This document shows, in pieces, positions 18,649-29,430 of a stretch of DNA of 64,000 nucleotides. Below the pieces are notes generated by a model. It saw nothing but the letters and a program-made list of their open reading frames with translations. It was not told where the DNA came from and made no database searches. Positions within the stretch are counted from its first letter, which is position 1. Each line of letters opens with the position of its first letter. This stretch comes from Giardia intestinalis (lineage: Eukaryota), in assembly GCA_000002435.2 (NCBI GenBank), contig CM018791.1; one strand, written 5' to 3'. Both the position numbers and the translations under genes were made by a program.

Positions 18649-20748
18649 CTACGCCTTCCCGCGGCAGAGGAACCACCAGCAGAGGAAGCCGACGAGACCC
18701 CCAACGACGACGATGACTGCGACGGAGATGCCGGCTATGGCGCCCATGCTGAGGCCACTCTTGTTCGTGCTTCCGCCAGTATTGTCGCCGGTATTATCAT
18801 CCGTTTCGAAACATATGAACTTGCCGTTAACAGGTGTCGCGCACTGCCTGCATCCAGCCAGCCCCTCGGAGCACCTCTTGCACAGCCCATTACTGCTACT
18901 CTCCTTGTAATATCCAGGAGCACATACCTTGCATGTAGTAGCACCGGCTTCGCAGGTGTAGCAACTTTCGTGGCATTTCGTGCAGGCACTGCCAACCTTC
19001 ACATATCCGTCCATACACCTAGAACAGTCCTTAGTGGTGGTGCACTCAGCGCACCCAGTGTAGCAAGCCACAAGGCTCTCGCCTGTCAGGCTAAATCCTT
19101 CTTTCGGAGTCTTGCAGGTGCCGCCTGTACTCTGCGCACTCAAGCACACTGTCGACCCCGGAAGCTGGCTGGTGGAGTAGCAGCCGCCGTTCATCTTGAA
19201 GAAGCCGTCTGCGCAGACATTGCACACGCCACCGGTAATGCTTCCATCTTTGCACTTATCTGTGCGACTGACTTTAACAGCACAGACACCGTTCTGGGGA
19301 TACTCGTTGTTTTGACTACAGACAGAGCAGTATTTTGTCCCCTCAACAGTCAGACCGCACTCCCTGCACTTACCTGTGCCTGTGCCCGCCGCGCACTCGG
19401 CCCCACATGTGCCAGTGTTTCCTGTGGATCCGTAGGTGAGCGCGCTTCCAGACTTACAGCTTGTGCAATCATTGGCAGTATTTCCGCTACATGTCTTACA
19501 GCTGGAATCGCAAGGGGAGCACGCTTCGCCGTAGAAGCCGTCCTTACAGAGACCGCACCCGCCATTTTCACTGCACGCGAGACAGTTGGCGACCTCGCAC
19601 TTCTTGCAGACCCTCTTGTTGCCCTCTGTGCTACTGTAGTAGCCTAGAATATATTCGCAGTGATCTATGCACTGGCTTGTTGGCGCCAGATACTTGTTGG
19701 ACAGACATTCGGTGCAGATCTCTTTGTTTGTTTGTGCACCACTGCATGCCTTACAATCCTGAGTATTGCATGGATTTGAAGGGGAATCATTTGGCACGCA
19801 TTGTGTTTCTTCTTCGTTAAGCTTAAATCCATCATTGCACGTGCAAGTATTCTCGGTCTTGGCTTCTGAGTTATCAGGGCAGCTACTAATGCACGACTTC
19901 TTTCCGAGTCCAAATACCATATTTGCCTTACACGCTGTGCAGGTAACGGAGGTGTCACTTTTGGTGCATGTTTTGCAGTTCTCAAACGTTCCTGCCGTGC
20001 ACGGCTTGCAACTCTTAGGCTCGGTATCATCTGGGTAGAGGGTAGAATCGGTGGAGCACTGATTTCCTTCTACACATATCCCCGTTAGACTACCGCTTTC
20101 CTTCTTTAAATACATCTTACCGGTAGCCTTGCACTTGCTGCACTTCTTTGTGGTTGTCGCCTCTGTACATGTAGCGCAGTTCTCGTCGCCGCAAGCTGTG
20201 CAGGTCGTAGTACCTGCGCCGAAATAGCCTTCATCACACGCGGTGCATGTAGCAGGGCCAGTATTGCTTGGAGGAGTACATGTTTTACATTGATCTACAC
20301 CTTGGTATTGATCTGCCCCCGTCGTGTCATTACAGGAGATGCACGATTGCTTATTAGCGGCTGCCACTGGACTCTTAAAGAATCCTTCCACACAATCCTT
20401 ACAAACCCCTATTACCTTATCGCTTGCCGCTCCCCCTACTGGATCGGCACAGATAAGCCCGCCCAATTCGCCAGCAAATTCATAACATCCGCCCTTGTAC
20501 ATGAAGTATCCATCGCCGCAAGAGCCACACTTTCCTTGAGCAGGGGAAGCGCATTTAGCAGCTGCTTGGTCAGTCCCTGCTGGTACACATTCTCCATCAA
20601 TAAGGTGGTCTGTTTCGGTTTTACACTGTGTGCAAACTTCCGTTTTGCCAATCATATCACACTCACCATCTTTACACTTACTTGCAGTTGGCCCACTGCA
20701 CGATGCTGCAAGAGCACTTATCAAAAGGCAGGGAGCTAGTAGCAACAT
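18649..20748 (-). CDS. vsp: variant-specific surface protein (VSP), complete
   Basis: Signal peptide MLLLAPCLLISALAAS, then ~11% Cys with many CXXC motifs and GGCY motifs. The C-terminal TM is GAIAGISVAVIVVVGGLVGFLCWWFLCRGKA* with stop at 18649-18651. Track ORF 18649..20835 begins at a TTG; an alternative in-frame ATG at 20793 would add 15 residues. Confidence 0.85.
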   Translation of the reverse strand: MLLLAPCLLISALAASCSGPTASKCKDGECDMIGKTEVCTQCKTETDHLIDGECVPAGTDQAAAKCASPAQGKCGSCGDGYFMYKGGCYEFAGELGGLICADPVGGAASDKVIGVCKDCVEGFFKSPVAAANKQSCISCNDTTGADQYQGVDQCKTCTPPSNTGPATCTACDEGYFGAGTTTCTACGDENCATCTEATTTKKCSKCKATGKMYLKKESGSLTGICVEGNQCSTDSTLYPDDTEPKSCKPCTAGTFENCKTCTKSDTSVTCTACKANMVFGLGKKSCISSCPDNSEAKTENTCTCNDGFKLNEEETQCVPNDSPSNPCNTQDCKACSGAQTNKEICTECLSNKYLAPTSQCIDHCEYILGYYSSTEGNKRVCKKCEVANCLACSENGGCGLCKDGFYGEACSPCDSSCKTCSGNTANDCTSCKSGSALTYGSTGNTGTCGAECAAGTGTGKCRECGLTVEGTKYCSVCSQNNEYPQNGVCAVKVSRTDKCKDGSITGGVCNVCADGFFKMNGGCYSTSQLPGSTVCLSAQSTGGTCKTPKEGFSLTGESLVACYTGCAECTTTKDCSRCMDGYVKVGSACTKCHESCYTCEAGATTCKVCAPGYYKESSSNGLCKRCSEGLAGCRQCATPVNGKFICFETDDNTGDNTGGSTNKSGLSMGAIAGISVAVIVVVGGLVGFLCWWFLCRGKA

Positions 20749-22681
20749 TGTGGCTCTGCTCAGATTGTTAGGTACATGCGAATGGGGAACCATTCGTAAC
20801 CTGACCTCTAGCCATCCAATGCTAGAGCTTACCAATCCAGTAGCATAGCAATTACTTTAGGAATGCTGATCTATTTATAGAGTACATCACACAAAATAAC
20901 TATATGACGTTTACTTAGGTAGCCGATGCATCAGTTATCGTATCATTATAGATTTATAGGTTGCACCATAAAAGTTATGCGCAAACCTCCACATAGATGC
21001 CTAAGGCCACAAGTCGAAGACGAAAAGCAGAAGCTAAAAAGCAATTCCCCGTGACTCTTGACCCCCACTTCTGCACCGTCCCCATTCGATGCAGGACGCC
21101 TCATCATCCGGTCCTTCCAAGTCTCTATGCATGATCCGTGGCCTTGTGTTCCGCACTGTGCCTTGCATCCTGGTAGTCACCTCCACCGGGTCCTTGCCAG
21201 CGGGGCCGACGGTCTCACAGCGATCGCGTATGACAGAGCAGTCACCATCTGATGTGCGAGCCCTGTGATAGGCCGTGATGTTGGAAGGCGACATCGGTTA
21301 AAGAGGAGGCATGGCCACACATTACGAGCCACGATGACATGGCACATTGCATAGCATCGTGATATATGCGTGCATAACCGGTACACCAATAGGCATAGAA
21401 ACAGCACACCAGTGCCACCAGGTCATGATGACCACTCTACCCACCAGTTATTTTTAAGACTGTGCTACTGGAGCCTACCTACAGGCGTGGTCCAGAGACT
21501 TCAGAAGTAAGTCTCACCCAAGTCATGGTCAGTGTGGAGACAAGGGTTGATCGTTGATGGTATATTAAGGGAATTTCCCTCCATTTGTATATTAGAGTCT
21601 CTTGTATTCCTCGGTCGCTTCATGCGATGTGCGTGTCCAGGGGTGCTCGTGTGTCTGTCCAGGGTTCAGACCTTTGCAAGGACACACGTTGTCCATTAGT
21701 ATGCCTCGCTTTTTAATCTGCCGTCTGGTGAACGAGCCTGGGTTGTCACTTCTTTTTCAATAGAAGTCTCCTCTGTCGCGACGGCTGCTATCGAGGTCTG
21801 GCTTTACTGGCTGGGGTCGTCTCTCGGTGACCGTCCAGCCGTGGTCCCGGAGGCCGGCGTTCCCTCCTGTTCGTAGTCCCCCAGGTCAGTGGGTCCAGTC
21901 GACAGTTAGAAGCAGGCCGGCAGGAGGAGTTGCCGGGTGGACGCCACAAGGTAGTGAAGGCCAGACAGAGCGCTCCCGGCGTCGCTGGGCCCCTTGAACT
22001 TAATTTACTCTCCACTTCACCGGGGTGGGGTTGTCCCCTGCTACCTGAGCGACCTCCCATGCGAGCTACTACCGCCCTGGACAGGTGGATCTCCCGCTTA
22101 CTCCCAAACAGAGTCCAGAACCCAAAATCCAAACCTAGAATCCGGTGCCGTAATTCCGGCGGAAAAAGACGCCCTAACGTCCAGCCTTCATCAAACAACA
22201 GACCCGCGGCTGCTCCCATGAAAGCGCCACCGAGGAAACCTCACAGAACCCTGAAGCGAAAAGCCAAGAAGGCACCCAGCAGCGTGAACGAAAGGGCGTG
22301 GAGACGAAAGCAGGGAAGCTCCGCACCTCCCTCCACCGAACCTCCCTGTCATGGAGAGCGGTGCATGGTGGCAGGCCCTCAATGGTCCCAACGGGGTCAA
22401 TCACTGACTACACGAACTGGCTCAAGGATGCTGGAGTTCACTCAAGGTGCTGCGCCTTCGGATCTCTCCTACGCGATCTGCAGCACGAGGAGCCGCCACA
22501 CCTTCTTCATATCACCGGAGGGCCTCGAGCGGCACGTCTGGGGAACTCTCTCCCGTCCGGGCACCTCCTGCAGCCTTGTGACAAGCAGACAGTGCCAGCC
22601 CACGCACCAGGCCCCGGCGCTCGAGCGCAGTGTCCTACGCGGGCCCTCGCCGTTGCCTGCCGTGATGCCCCGGACCAGTGG

Positions 22682-25660
22682 GTGCCGCTGAGGCCTGTCT
22701 GCAGGTATGGTCCAGAGGTCTCACGGGTAAACTCTTGCTCAATTCCCAGCCAGTCCGGAGATGAGGGTTGGCCGCGGGTTGCAACGATAACCACAGCGGG
22801 GGCAAAGAGGGGTTCCCTCCACGTGTGGATCTGGGGTCTGTGCGTTCCACGGCTGTTCTACGGGCGTGAGCACAGCTGGACCTGAGGCGAAGGAGAGCCC
22901 GCGAGGACCAGATCTGCACTACGAATGCAAAATCGTACCTCAGGGACACCCAGAGAGCAAGCCGTGAGTCTCTACTTGGGAGACCACTCCGAAGACATTT
23001 ACTCTCTCAGCAGGACACACACGCTGGCTCTGTGGCCTACCGTGCGAGAGCGCCAAGCAACTGACCGAGCACCTGAGAGAAGCAAACGATGACAGACACA
23101 GAATGCTAGGCGACGACAAACTGATCATTCCATCCCATATACCGAACCAGACAGAGCTTGCCATGCTCATCCACCAGGGTGCGCGCATGATCGCGAGCAT
23201 CGAGCAGGCCGGGACTGGGGTCGCGCTCCTCGTTAACAAGGGCCTGAACACCCTGGTAGGAGGCCCGGAGCAAGCAGCACAGCATAGCAGACCCAGAAGG
23301 AGACACCGCTCCAAATAGGGTGAACAACGCGCTGAGCTTCGGAGCAGTTGCCAAGGCCCTCCGCGCCCTTGATGAGACACCCGTGCGTCCTCCCAAAGGC
23401 CACGTTGGCCTTGACTGCCCTCCATCGATGAGCTCGACGGGGCTGGAGTGGCAACCGAAGAAGAAATGAGGAAGGTCCTGTTTGGAACCCTCAACAAGGC
23501 CTGTCTGGTCTCGGGCCGGTCCAGCTCAAAGCGATGAAGCAGAACGATAGCTTCGTGAAGTACCTCACGCAGGCGTACAACGAGCTGACCACCCACCCCG
23601 AGGCGATGCCCGAGGTGACGGCCATGTTCGAGTTCCGGGCGATCCTCATCCCGAAGGAGTCCGACGGATACCGTCCGATCGCGATAGGCAAGACGGTGAC
23701 AAACATCTTCCACCGCGTCCTGCTGAAGCGGCTGATCAAGCATGCCAACTACCTCTCGTGCGAACAGATCGCCTTCATGCAGAACGCATACGCGGTAGGC
23801 GTGAGGAGGGCCCACGAGCTCATCAGCAGGCCGGGGATGCACGCCGTCTCCCTCGACACAAAGAAGGCCTTCAACTCGCTCCCAAGGGCGGAGGTCGTCA
23901 GAGCCCTGAACGAGGCGGGCGTCCCGAAGGTCCTGGTCGACTACATCAGGAACTTCCTCGACCTGAGGCACAGCCGGGACGTGAAGTGCGAGGTCTGCGG
24001 CGTCCCCCAGGGCGACCCGCTCAGCATGTTCCTCTTCTGCATGGCTACCGAGCGCCTCTGAGACGCCTCAGGGAGAGGGGCATCACCTTCCTTGCCTAGC
24101 GGACGACATCGTGACGCTCCACGACGAGGCCTACCCGGCAGGCGCGATAACACAGCAGACCATGGGCCTGACGATCAGGAGCGACAAATGCAAGTCCACC
24201 ATGGCGGGCGAGGAGGTGACCTTCCTCAACCACCCGGTGTCCCCCACCCCTGCCAGTCCCGCGCCGAAGGCCATCGCAGGTGCTGAGACTGCCCCCATAA
24301 CCACCCACCAGAAGCTCATCCTGGTGTCACTCTGTGTGGTCCCGATGGTGAACTACGCCCCCCTGGTCGAAGTAACATCGGACAAGGCGGACTACGAGGA
24401 GCTCGACAGACATCGCACAAGGCTTCAGCAAAATAACTAACAGAAGCTGCGATCGCCTGGTCGACTTCCTGGCGTACCCGAAGGAGAAGGGCGGCCCGGG
24501 CCTGCTCATGCCGGGGCTCTGCCACGACGAGCTGCGGAGGGTATGGGCCTCCCCGGACGTCAACAAGGGAGCCAGAGACCCGGTGGAGCTGTCGGTGGAA
24601 GGCCAGGCACTGCAGGGGAAGGGACCTACTTCAACCGCCTCCTCACGCATACACCAGCTTCCGGACAGAGCGGCGGCGTGCTGACCGAGGAGGAAAGGGC
24701 CCTGAAGGAGAGAGATGGCTCGATCATGGCGCAGACAAGAGGCACCTGCCCGGGCTGCCACACGGCAGACCCTCGACCACGACATGAACTGCCCGAAAAC
24801 GGCGTGGACCAGGACCACGAGGCACAACATGATCGTCGCGTGCCTGTACCTCCGCGTCTCAGGGAAGTTCAACCGGAGCTGGAAGTCAAGACCCACAGCC
24901 ACCTCAGCGACCAGAACCAGAAGCCCGACATCTGGCTCGTCGACAAGTGCAAGGCGATAGATGTGGGCGTCATCCAGCCCCGCCAGATGGATGCCTACTA
25001 CAACGAGAAGGTCAAGAAGTACAGGGACGAGACAGACGGATCCCTCCACCCCAAGTCCAAGAGGCACCTCGAGGAGCTCTACGTGGACGTCGAGAAGCTC
25101 TCTGTCCGGGCTGCCTTCGCCATCGCCCACATGGCTGCAGAGGCGAACGAGCACCCGACGAAGCTGATCAGACGGGCCGGGCCGAAAGCCTGGTCACCCA
25201 GAGCGACCGCCTCCTGTCATCCTACTTCTGACAACCGAATGAGCCCATCCCCGGGACCCGACGACAACGATCGAGAAGGGGCCCAAGACTGGACACGCAG
25301 TCGAGTGGAATCCCAACCAGGAGAGAACGCCCCGTTAGCTGCTGCTGATCTGTATGGACAGTATTGAGAATGACAACAAAGACCTGAGCTTCACTCACCG
25401 TGAAGGGAGAACAAGAAGAGGCACCCTAGTAGACCAGCGAGCCTGCAGGACGGCTTGATCTCCAAAAGGACCTATGTGCACACCTAGACCGAGCACACAC
25501 CCGCAGAACAGCCGAGGAATGCAGACAGCTCCTCCCTACCACCACTGTGGTCTTTATATTGATACACGACCAACCCTCGTCTCCGGACATCGCCAAAAAT
25601 TGAGCGGGAATTTACTCGCGAGATTTGCGGACAGCGCCCGCAGGCGAGGGCCCCGGCAGC
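22682..25660 (+). mobile_element. degenerate non-LTR retrotransposon copy (Genie/GilD-like); arm B of inverted repeat
   Basis: Reverse-complement near-identity to 11401-14326 (for example track ORFs 22940..23971 = 13037..14068 and 23534..24061 = 12947..13474). It carries the same RT and REL motifs and the same frameshifts. It has one ~56-nt insertion relative to arm A near 24.6 kb and a few substitutions at the outer end. Confidence 0.65.
23103..25367 (+). pseudogene. frameshifted RT/REL-endonuclease ORF remnants
   Basis: RT motif-bearing fragment at 23534..24061. Motif C (LADDIV) is in a different frame at ~24100. REL motifs (CPGC / RHNMIVA / KPDIWLVD...AIDVGV...EK) are spread over two frames in 24543..25367. 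Confidence 0.6.
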
Positions 25661-27188
25661 TCGTTGCAGGCGGTGACAGAAGGGTCTCTCTGGCCAGTTG
25701 GGCAAGCATCATCCTATGCTTGCCACGGCCGCTGGGAATGCCGGTGTCACGTGTGTAGCTCGTAGGGTGAGCTCTTTTCGGAGCGCCCAATCTCCTTTTT
25801 ATCCGTGAAGGCGAGACCTGCTCACAACAGACCAATGACGACAGATAGATGGCTCCATATTGTTCACTCAGGCTGTCTACCCCAAGCAGTAGGGCCGTTC
25901 TCCTTCGTGAGGCAGAGGAGGCCATGTACCCACAAAGATACCCTTAAGTGAAGTGGCTTGGATGTGATATGTGTTTTCGGAGACTCTAGTGTACACAGTT
26001 GCTCATCCTCCGACACTGAGCCGGTCCGCAAGCCGCTGGCCACGCTGGAGTGCCCCGAAGCAGCCCAGGAGAGTGCGTGTGCTGATAGCTTGTCCGCCAG
26101 ACCCTCCTAGCAGCAGAGCGCCGTCGTGGCAGGAGAGCCTGCCCCTTGCATCGGCCGATCGGTTGCTGAGACCCCTGGTGCTCTGTCTGGAGCGGAGACT
26201 GTCCATGAGGGCCCTGTACGCTGCTCCCCTGCACCGACTGGCACAGCAGGGGGACCGGATGCCGAGGGACACCTCCAGCGTCTCGGGTCTCTACAGGACA
26301 GGACACACGGCAGGGACATCTGCATGCGGGCCAGAAGTCCTGCTCGGCCCCGTCCCTCGGCTGACGCCTTGGCCCCTCGGGAGCCCTGTCAGCACCACCG
26401 GAGGCAAGGACTCTCCAGGAGCGCTGCACCGGGCCCGCATGGAGTGGATGGCCCCACAGCCACTGCACGGGCCTCTCGGGCAGGGGGTCTCTTGCCGTGG
26501 CGGGGCTTCAGGCATGCCATCGGGACTGTCCGACGGTCACCGGTTGGGCCCTGTGTGACAGCAACAGACGAGAAGACTGTCCCACAACGAAATATCCCTC
26601 GCTGGAGGACTGTCAGCAGGGCAGGGGAAGCTGTGGCCCACTGGGGGAGTGAACGATCTCAGTGGGTCCAGGCGCACTGCACTGCGGGCCCCGTCGGGCC
26701 GGTCTCTGACGGGCGCCGCGATCACTCTGCCCGGTCTGGCAGATCACGAGGGGTCTGAGGCCGGCCTATTGGGAGGAGGACCAGGGCCCTCGCTGATGGT
26801 CGAGCAGAGTCACCACAGGGGGGCACGAGCTCGAGTGAATGAGGGCCCTCTTAGCAGCGCGCATGTCAACCGAGCGAGGAGAATGACATGGCAGTCACCA
26901 AGGAGCCATGACTTCTGAGCCTTCTGGGCTCTGCGCCGGGCCGGACATCAGCACAGCCCGCCTGCCGGTAGCACTGCCGCGGGGGTCTCCGTCGTGTGAG
27001 TGCCTGGGGTGAGCCGCTTGGGCACGGAGACGGGCTGTGCGGCGCCCAAGAGTGGAAGACCACCGCGCTCTGGTGCTGTGGGCCGAGTCGAGACAGGGGC
27101 CTCCAAGGCAGGGGTGGAACAGCGCTCCCCCCGTGTGCCGTGCTGGGTGGCCACAGACGGGGCAGGGGCCACCGCAGAGGACCCTCTA

Positions 27189-29351
27189 ATGTTCCAACTG
27201 ATACCCCTGTTCGTAGCGAGCGCGCTCATGGCGGCCTGCCAGCAAGACGGGAACCACCTGACCACCTGCGCACACGAAAAGTGCGAGACGGTCGGTAGCA
27301 CAGAGATCTGCACCCAGTGCAAGGCCGGAGGCGTCCCGGTCGACGGTTTCTGCCGGCCCTTCGGCTCCCCCCAGGCCGCGGCAGCCGGGTGCACCAAAGC
27401 AGACGGGGCTGCCCTCGACAAGACGGCAACCACCTGCGAGAAGTGCGGCGACGGGTACTTCCTCTTCATGGGCGGGTGCTACAAGACAACCGACGGGCCC
27501 GGCAGCGAGATATGCACAGCAGCCAGTAATGGAGTATGCACTACTTGTAAGGCAGATAACGGCCTGTTCAAGAACCCAGTTACACCTCAGAAGCCTGGTA
27601 GCGAGTGCATCTTGTGCTCCGATACTATAGATAGAAACGGGGTCATGGGAGTCGCTGGATGCTCAGAATGCTCCCACACGGGCACTAGCGGACCGGCCAC
27701 GTGTACAGAGTGTCAAGCAGGGTTCGTTACGAAGGACAGTGCATGTGTGAAGTGCGGAGACGGCTGCTCTGCTTGCTCAGCTGATACTCCGACTCAGTGT
27801 ACCGCCTGCGTTGAGGGGAAGTTCCTGAAGGATGGTAACACTTGTGTAGAGGCTACTGAATGTGGTGCTGATAAGTACGCAGACAAGAAGACCTGGACCT
27901 GCAAGGCATGTGATCCCGACATAGCTGGGTGCACCGCATGTGAATATAATGATGCCACGGGGAAGCCAAGGTGCACCAACTGCGGGACCAATAAGACCCC
28001 CAGGACGACCCTTGATGGGACCTCGACCTGTGTGACAAAAGACTACGCTGGATGTAAAGGCGCTGACGGGGCCCTATTTATGAAGGAGGACAAAACATGT
28101 GTTTTATGCAGTACCGTTTCAGCTGGAGCCGATCCAAATGACCAGGGCATTGCCGGGTGTAAGAAGTGTACCAAGGACTCGGCGACACCGCCAACCTGCT
28201 CGGAGTGCCTCGACGGATATTACAATAGCGCAACTGGTGGTAGTGGTACGGCTACATGTGAAGCTTGTGGTGATAATTGTGCCACCTGTGCTAAGGATAC
28301 AAAAGACCAATGCATGACCTGTAAGCCCGGGTTCTTCATGAAAGGTAGTGGTCCTGGCACATGCGTCCCCTGTGATGACCAAACAGATGGAGTGCCTGGC
28401 TGTGCAACGTGCACCTTCTCTAGCTCGTTGACCTGCAACTCCTGTAAGCCCAACTACAAGCAGAGTGGTACCGGTCCTTTTACATGCACCAAGACTTGTG
28501 AAGACCCCACTGCCTGCGGGGGCACTTCTGGTGCCTGCGATGCCATGATAATTGATGATCAGGGCACCACAAAGCACTACTGTTCCTACTGTGGAGAGAC
28601 CAATAAGATACCAATTGATGGGAAGTGTGTTGATAGTGGTAGTATAAATGGTAATACTTGTGCTAAAGGTGTATGTACACAGTGTGCTCAAGGATACTTC
28701 TTATACATGGGAGGCTGTTATAAGGTAGCAAGTCCACCCGGTAACCTCATGTGCACTGAAGCAACAACAGCTGGTGTCTGTGATACACCCAATGCCAATA
28801 ATAAGTACTTCGTAGTCCCAGAAGCAAAGCCTACTCAACAGTCTGTGTTGGCTTGTGGTAACCCCCTGGGCACACTAGTAGGCACTGATAGTACCGCTAA
28901 GGCATATGTGGGGGTGGATGGCTGCTCCCAGTGTACAGCCCCAACAGCTCCATCTGAGGGTGGCATGACTGCCGCCACGTGCACAGCGTGTACCAACAAC
29001 AACAAGCCCAACCTGGCTGGGAGCGGGTGCTTCCCATGTACCGTTAGTGGATGCTCGCACTGCAACAGGGATGACATGTGCGAGGCATGCAGTAGTGGTA
29101 AGAAGGTGAGCCCTGGAAGGAAGTCATGCGTGGATAGCTGCCCCAGCAACTCCACTGATGATAACTCTGTCTGTGTGTGCAACGATGGATATAGCCCTGA
29201 CAGCAGTGGGACCTCCTGTGTGTCCTCTGGCGCCAACAGGAGCGGCCTCAGCACAGGGGCCATCGCGGGGATCGCCGTCGCCGTGGTCGTCGTTGTGGGG
29301 GGCCTCGTGGGCTTCCTCTGCTGGTGGTTCATATGTAGAGGGAAGGCGTGA
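27189..29351 (+). CDS. vsp: variant-specific surface protein (VSP), full-length head gene of the tandem array
   Basis: Genuine ATG at 27189 (track ORF 27000 starts at a GTG). Signal peptide is MFQLIPLFVASALMAA. The protein is 720 aa, Cys-rich with CXXC and GGCY motifs, ending ...GAIAGIAVAVVVVVGGLVGFLCWWFICRGKA* with stop at 29349-29351. Confidence 0.85.
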   Translation: MFQLIPLFVASALMAACQQDGNHLTTCAHEKCETVGSTEICTQCKAGGVPVDGFCRPFGSPQAAAAGCTKADGAALDKTATTCEKCGDGYFLFMGGCYKTTDGPGSEICTAASNGVCTTCKADNGLFKNPVTPQKPGSECILCSDTIDRNGVMGVAGCSECSHTGTSGPATCTECQAGFVTKDSACVKCGDGCSACSADTPTQCTACVEGKFLKDGNTCVEATECGADKYADKKTWTCKACDPDIAGCTACEYNDATGKPRCTNCGTNKTPRTTLDGTSTCVTKDYAGCKGADGALFMKEDKTCVLCSTVSAGADPNDQGIAGCKKCTKDSATPPTCSECLDGYYNSATGGSGTATCEACGDNCATCAKDTKDQCMTCKPGFFMKGSGPGTCVPCDDQTDGVPGCATCTFSSSLTCNSCKPNYKQSGTGPFTCTKTCEDPTACGGTSGACDAMIIDDQGTTKHYCSYCGETNKIPIDGKCVDSGSINGNTCAKGVCTQCAQGYFLYMGGCYKVASPPGNLMCTEATTAGVCDTPNANNKYFVVPEAKPTQQSVLACGNPLGTLVGTDSTAKAYVGVDGCSQCTAPTAPSEGGMTAATCTACTNNNKPNLAGSGCFPCTVSGCSHCNRDDMCEACSSGKKVSPGRKSCVDSCPSNSTDDNSVCVCNDGYSPDSSGTSCVSSGANRSGLSTGAIAGIAVAVVVVVGGLVGFLCWWFICRGKA

Positions 29352-29365
29352 CTTAGGTAGTGAAT
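29351..29365 (+). promoter_or_regulatory. VSP extended poly(A) signal ACTTAGGTAGTGAAT (overlaps the TGA stop)
   Basis: Matches ACTYAGRTAGTRAAY. The identical signal follows every array unit at 31308-31322, 33214-33228, 35168-35182, 37069-37083, 40791-40805 and 42748-42762. Confidence 0.7.
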
Positions 29366-29373
29366 GCTGTACA

Positions 29374-29430
29374 GTGATAGTGATAGTGATAGTGCTATGT
29401 GGTGTGTGGGGTGATAGTGGTGGTGTGGGA
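29374..29430 (+). repeat. inter-unit junction microsatellite (GTGATA)3GTG...GGTGATAGTGGTGGTGTGGG (alpha-type junction)
   Basis: Directly visible tandem GTGATAG repeats. The same junction recurs at 33237-33293 and 40814-40870. Confidence 0.8.

Noticed and set aside
21930-22691. 253-aa basic (R/P/K-rich) ORF upstream of inverted-repeat arm B
   Set aside because: Composition-biased translation in GC-rich retroelement-flanking DNA with no recognizable domain. It is more likely a 5' remnant of a retroelement or a spurious ORF.
28119-28691. Many 60-240-aa antisense or alternative-frame ORFs throughout the VSP array (for example 28119..28691 -, 29395..30015 -, 30678..31400 -)
   Set aside because: They are a by-product of the highly repetitive TGY/GGN-rich VSP coding sequence. 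They recur wherever the VSP sequence recurs and have no start context or protein-like composition.
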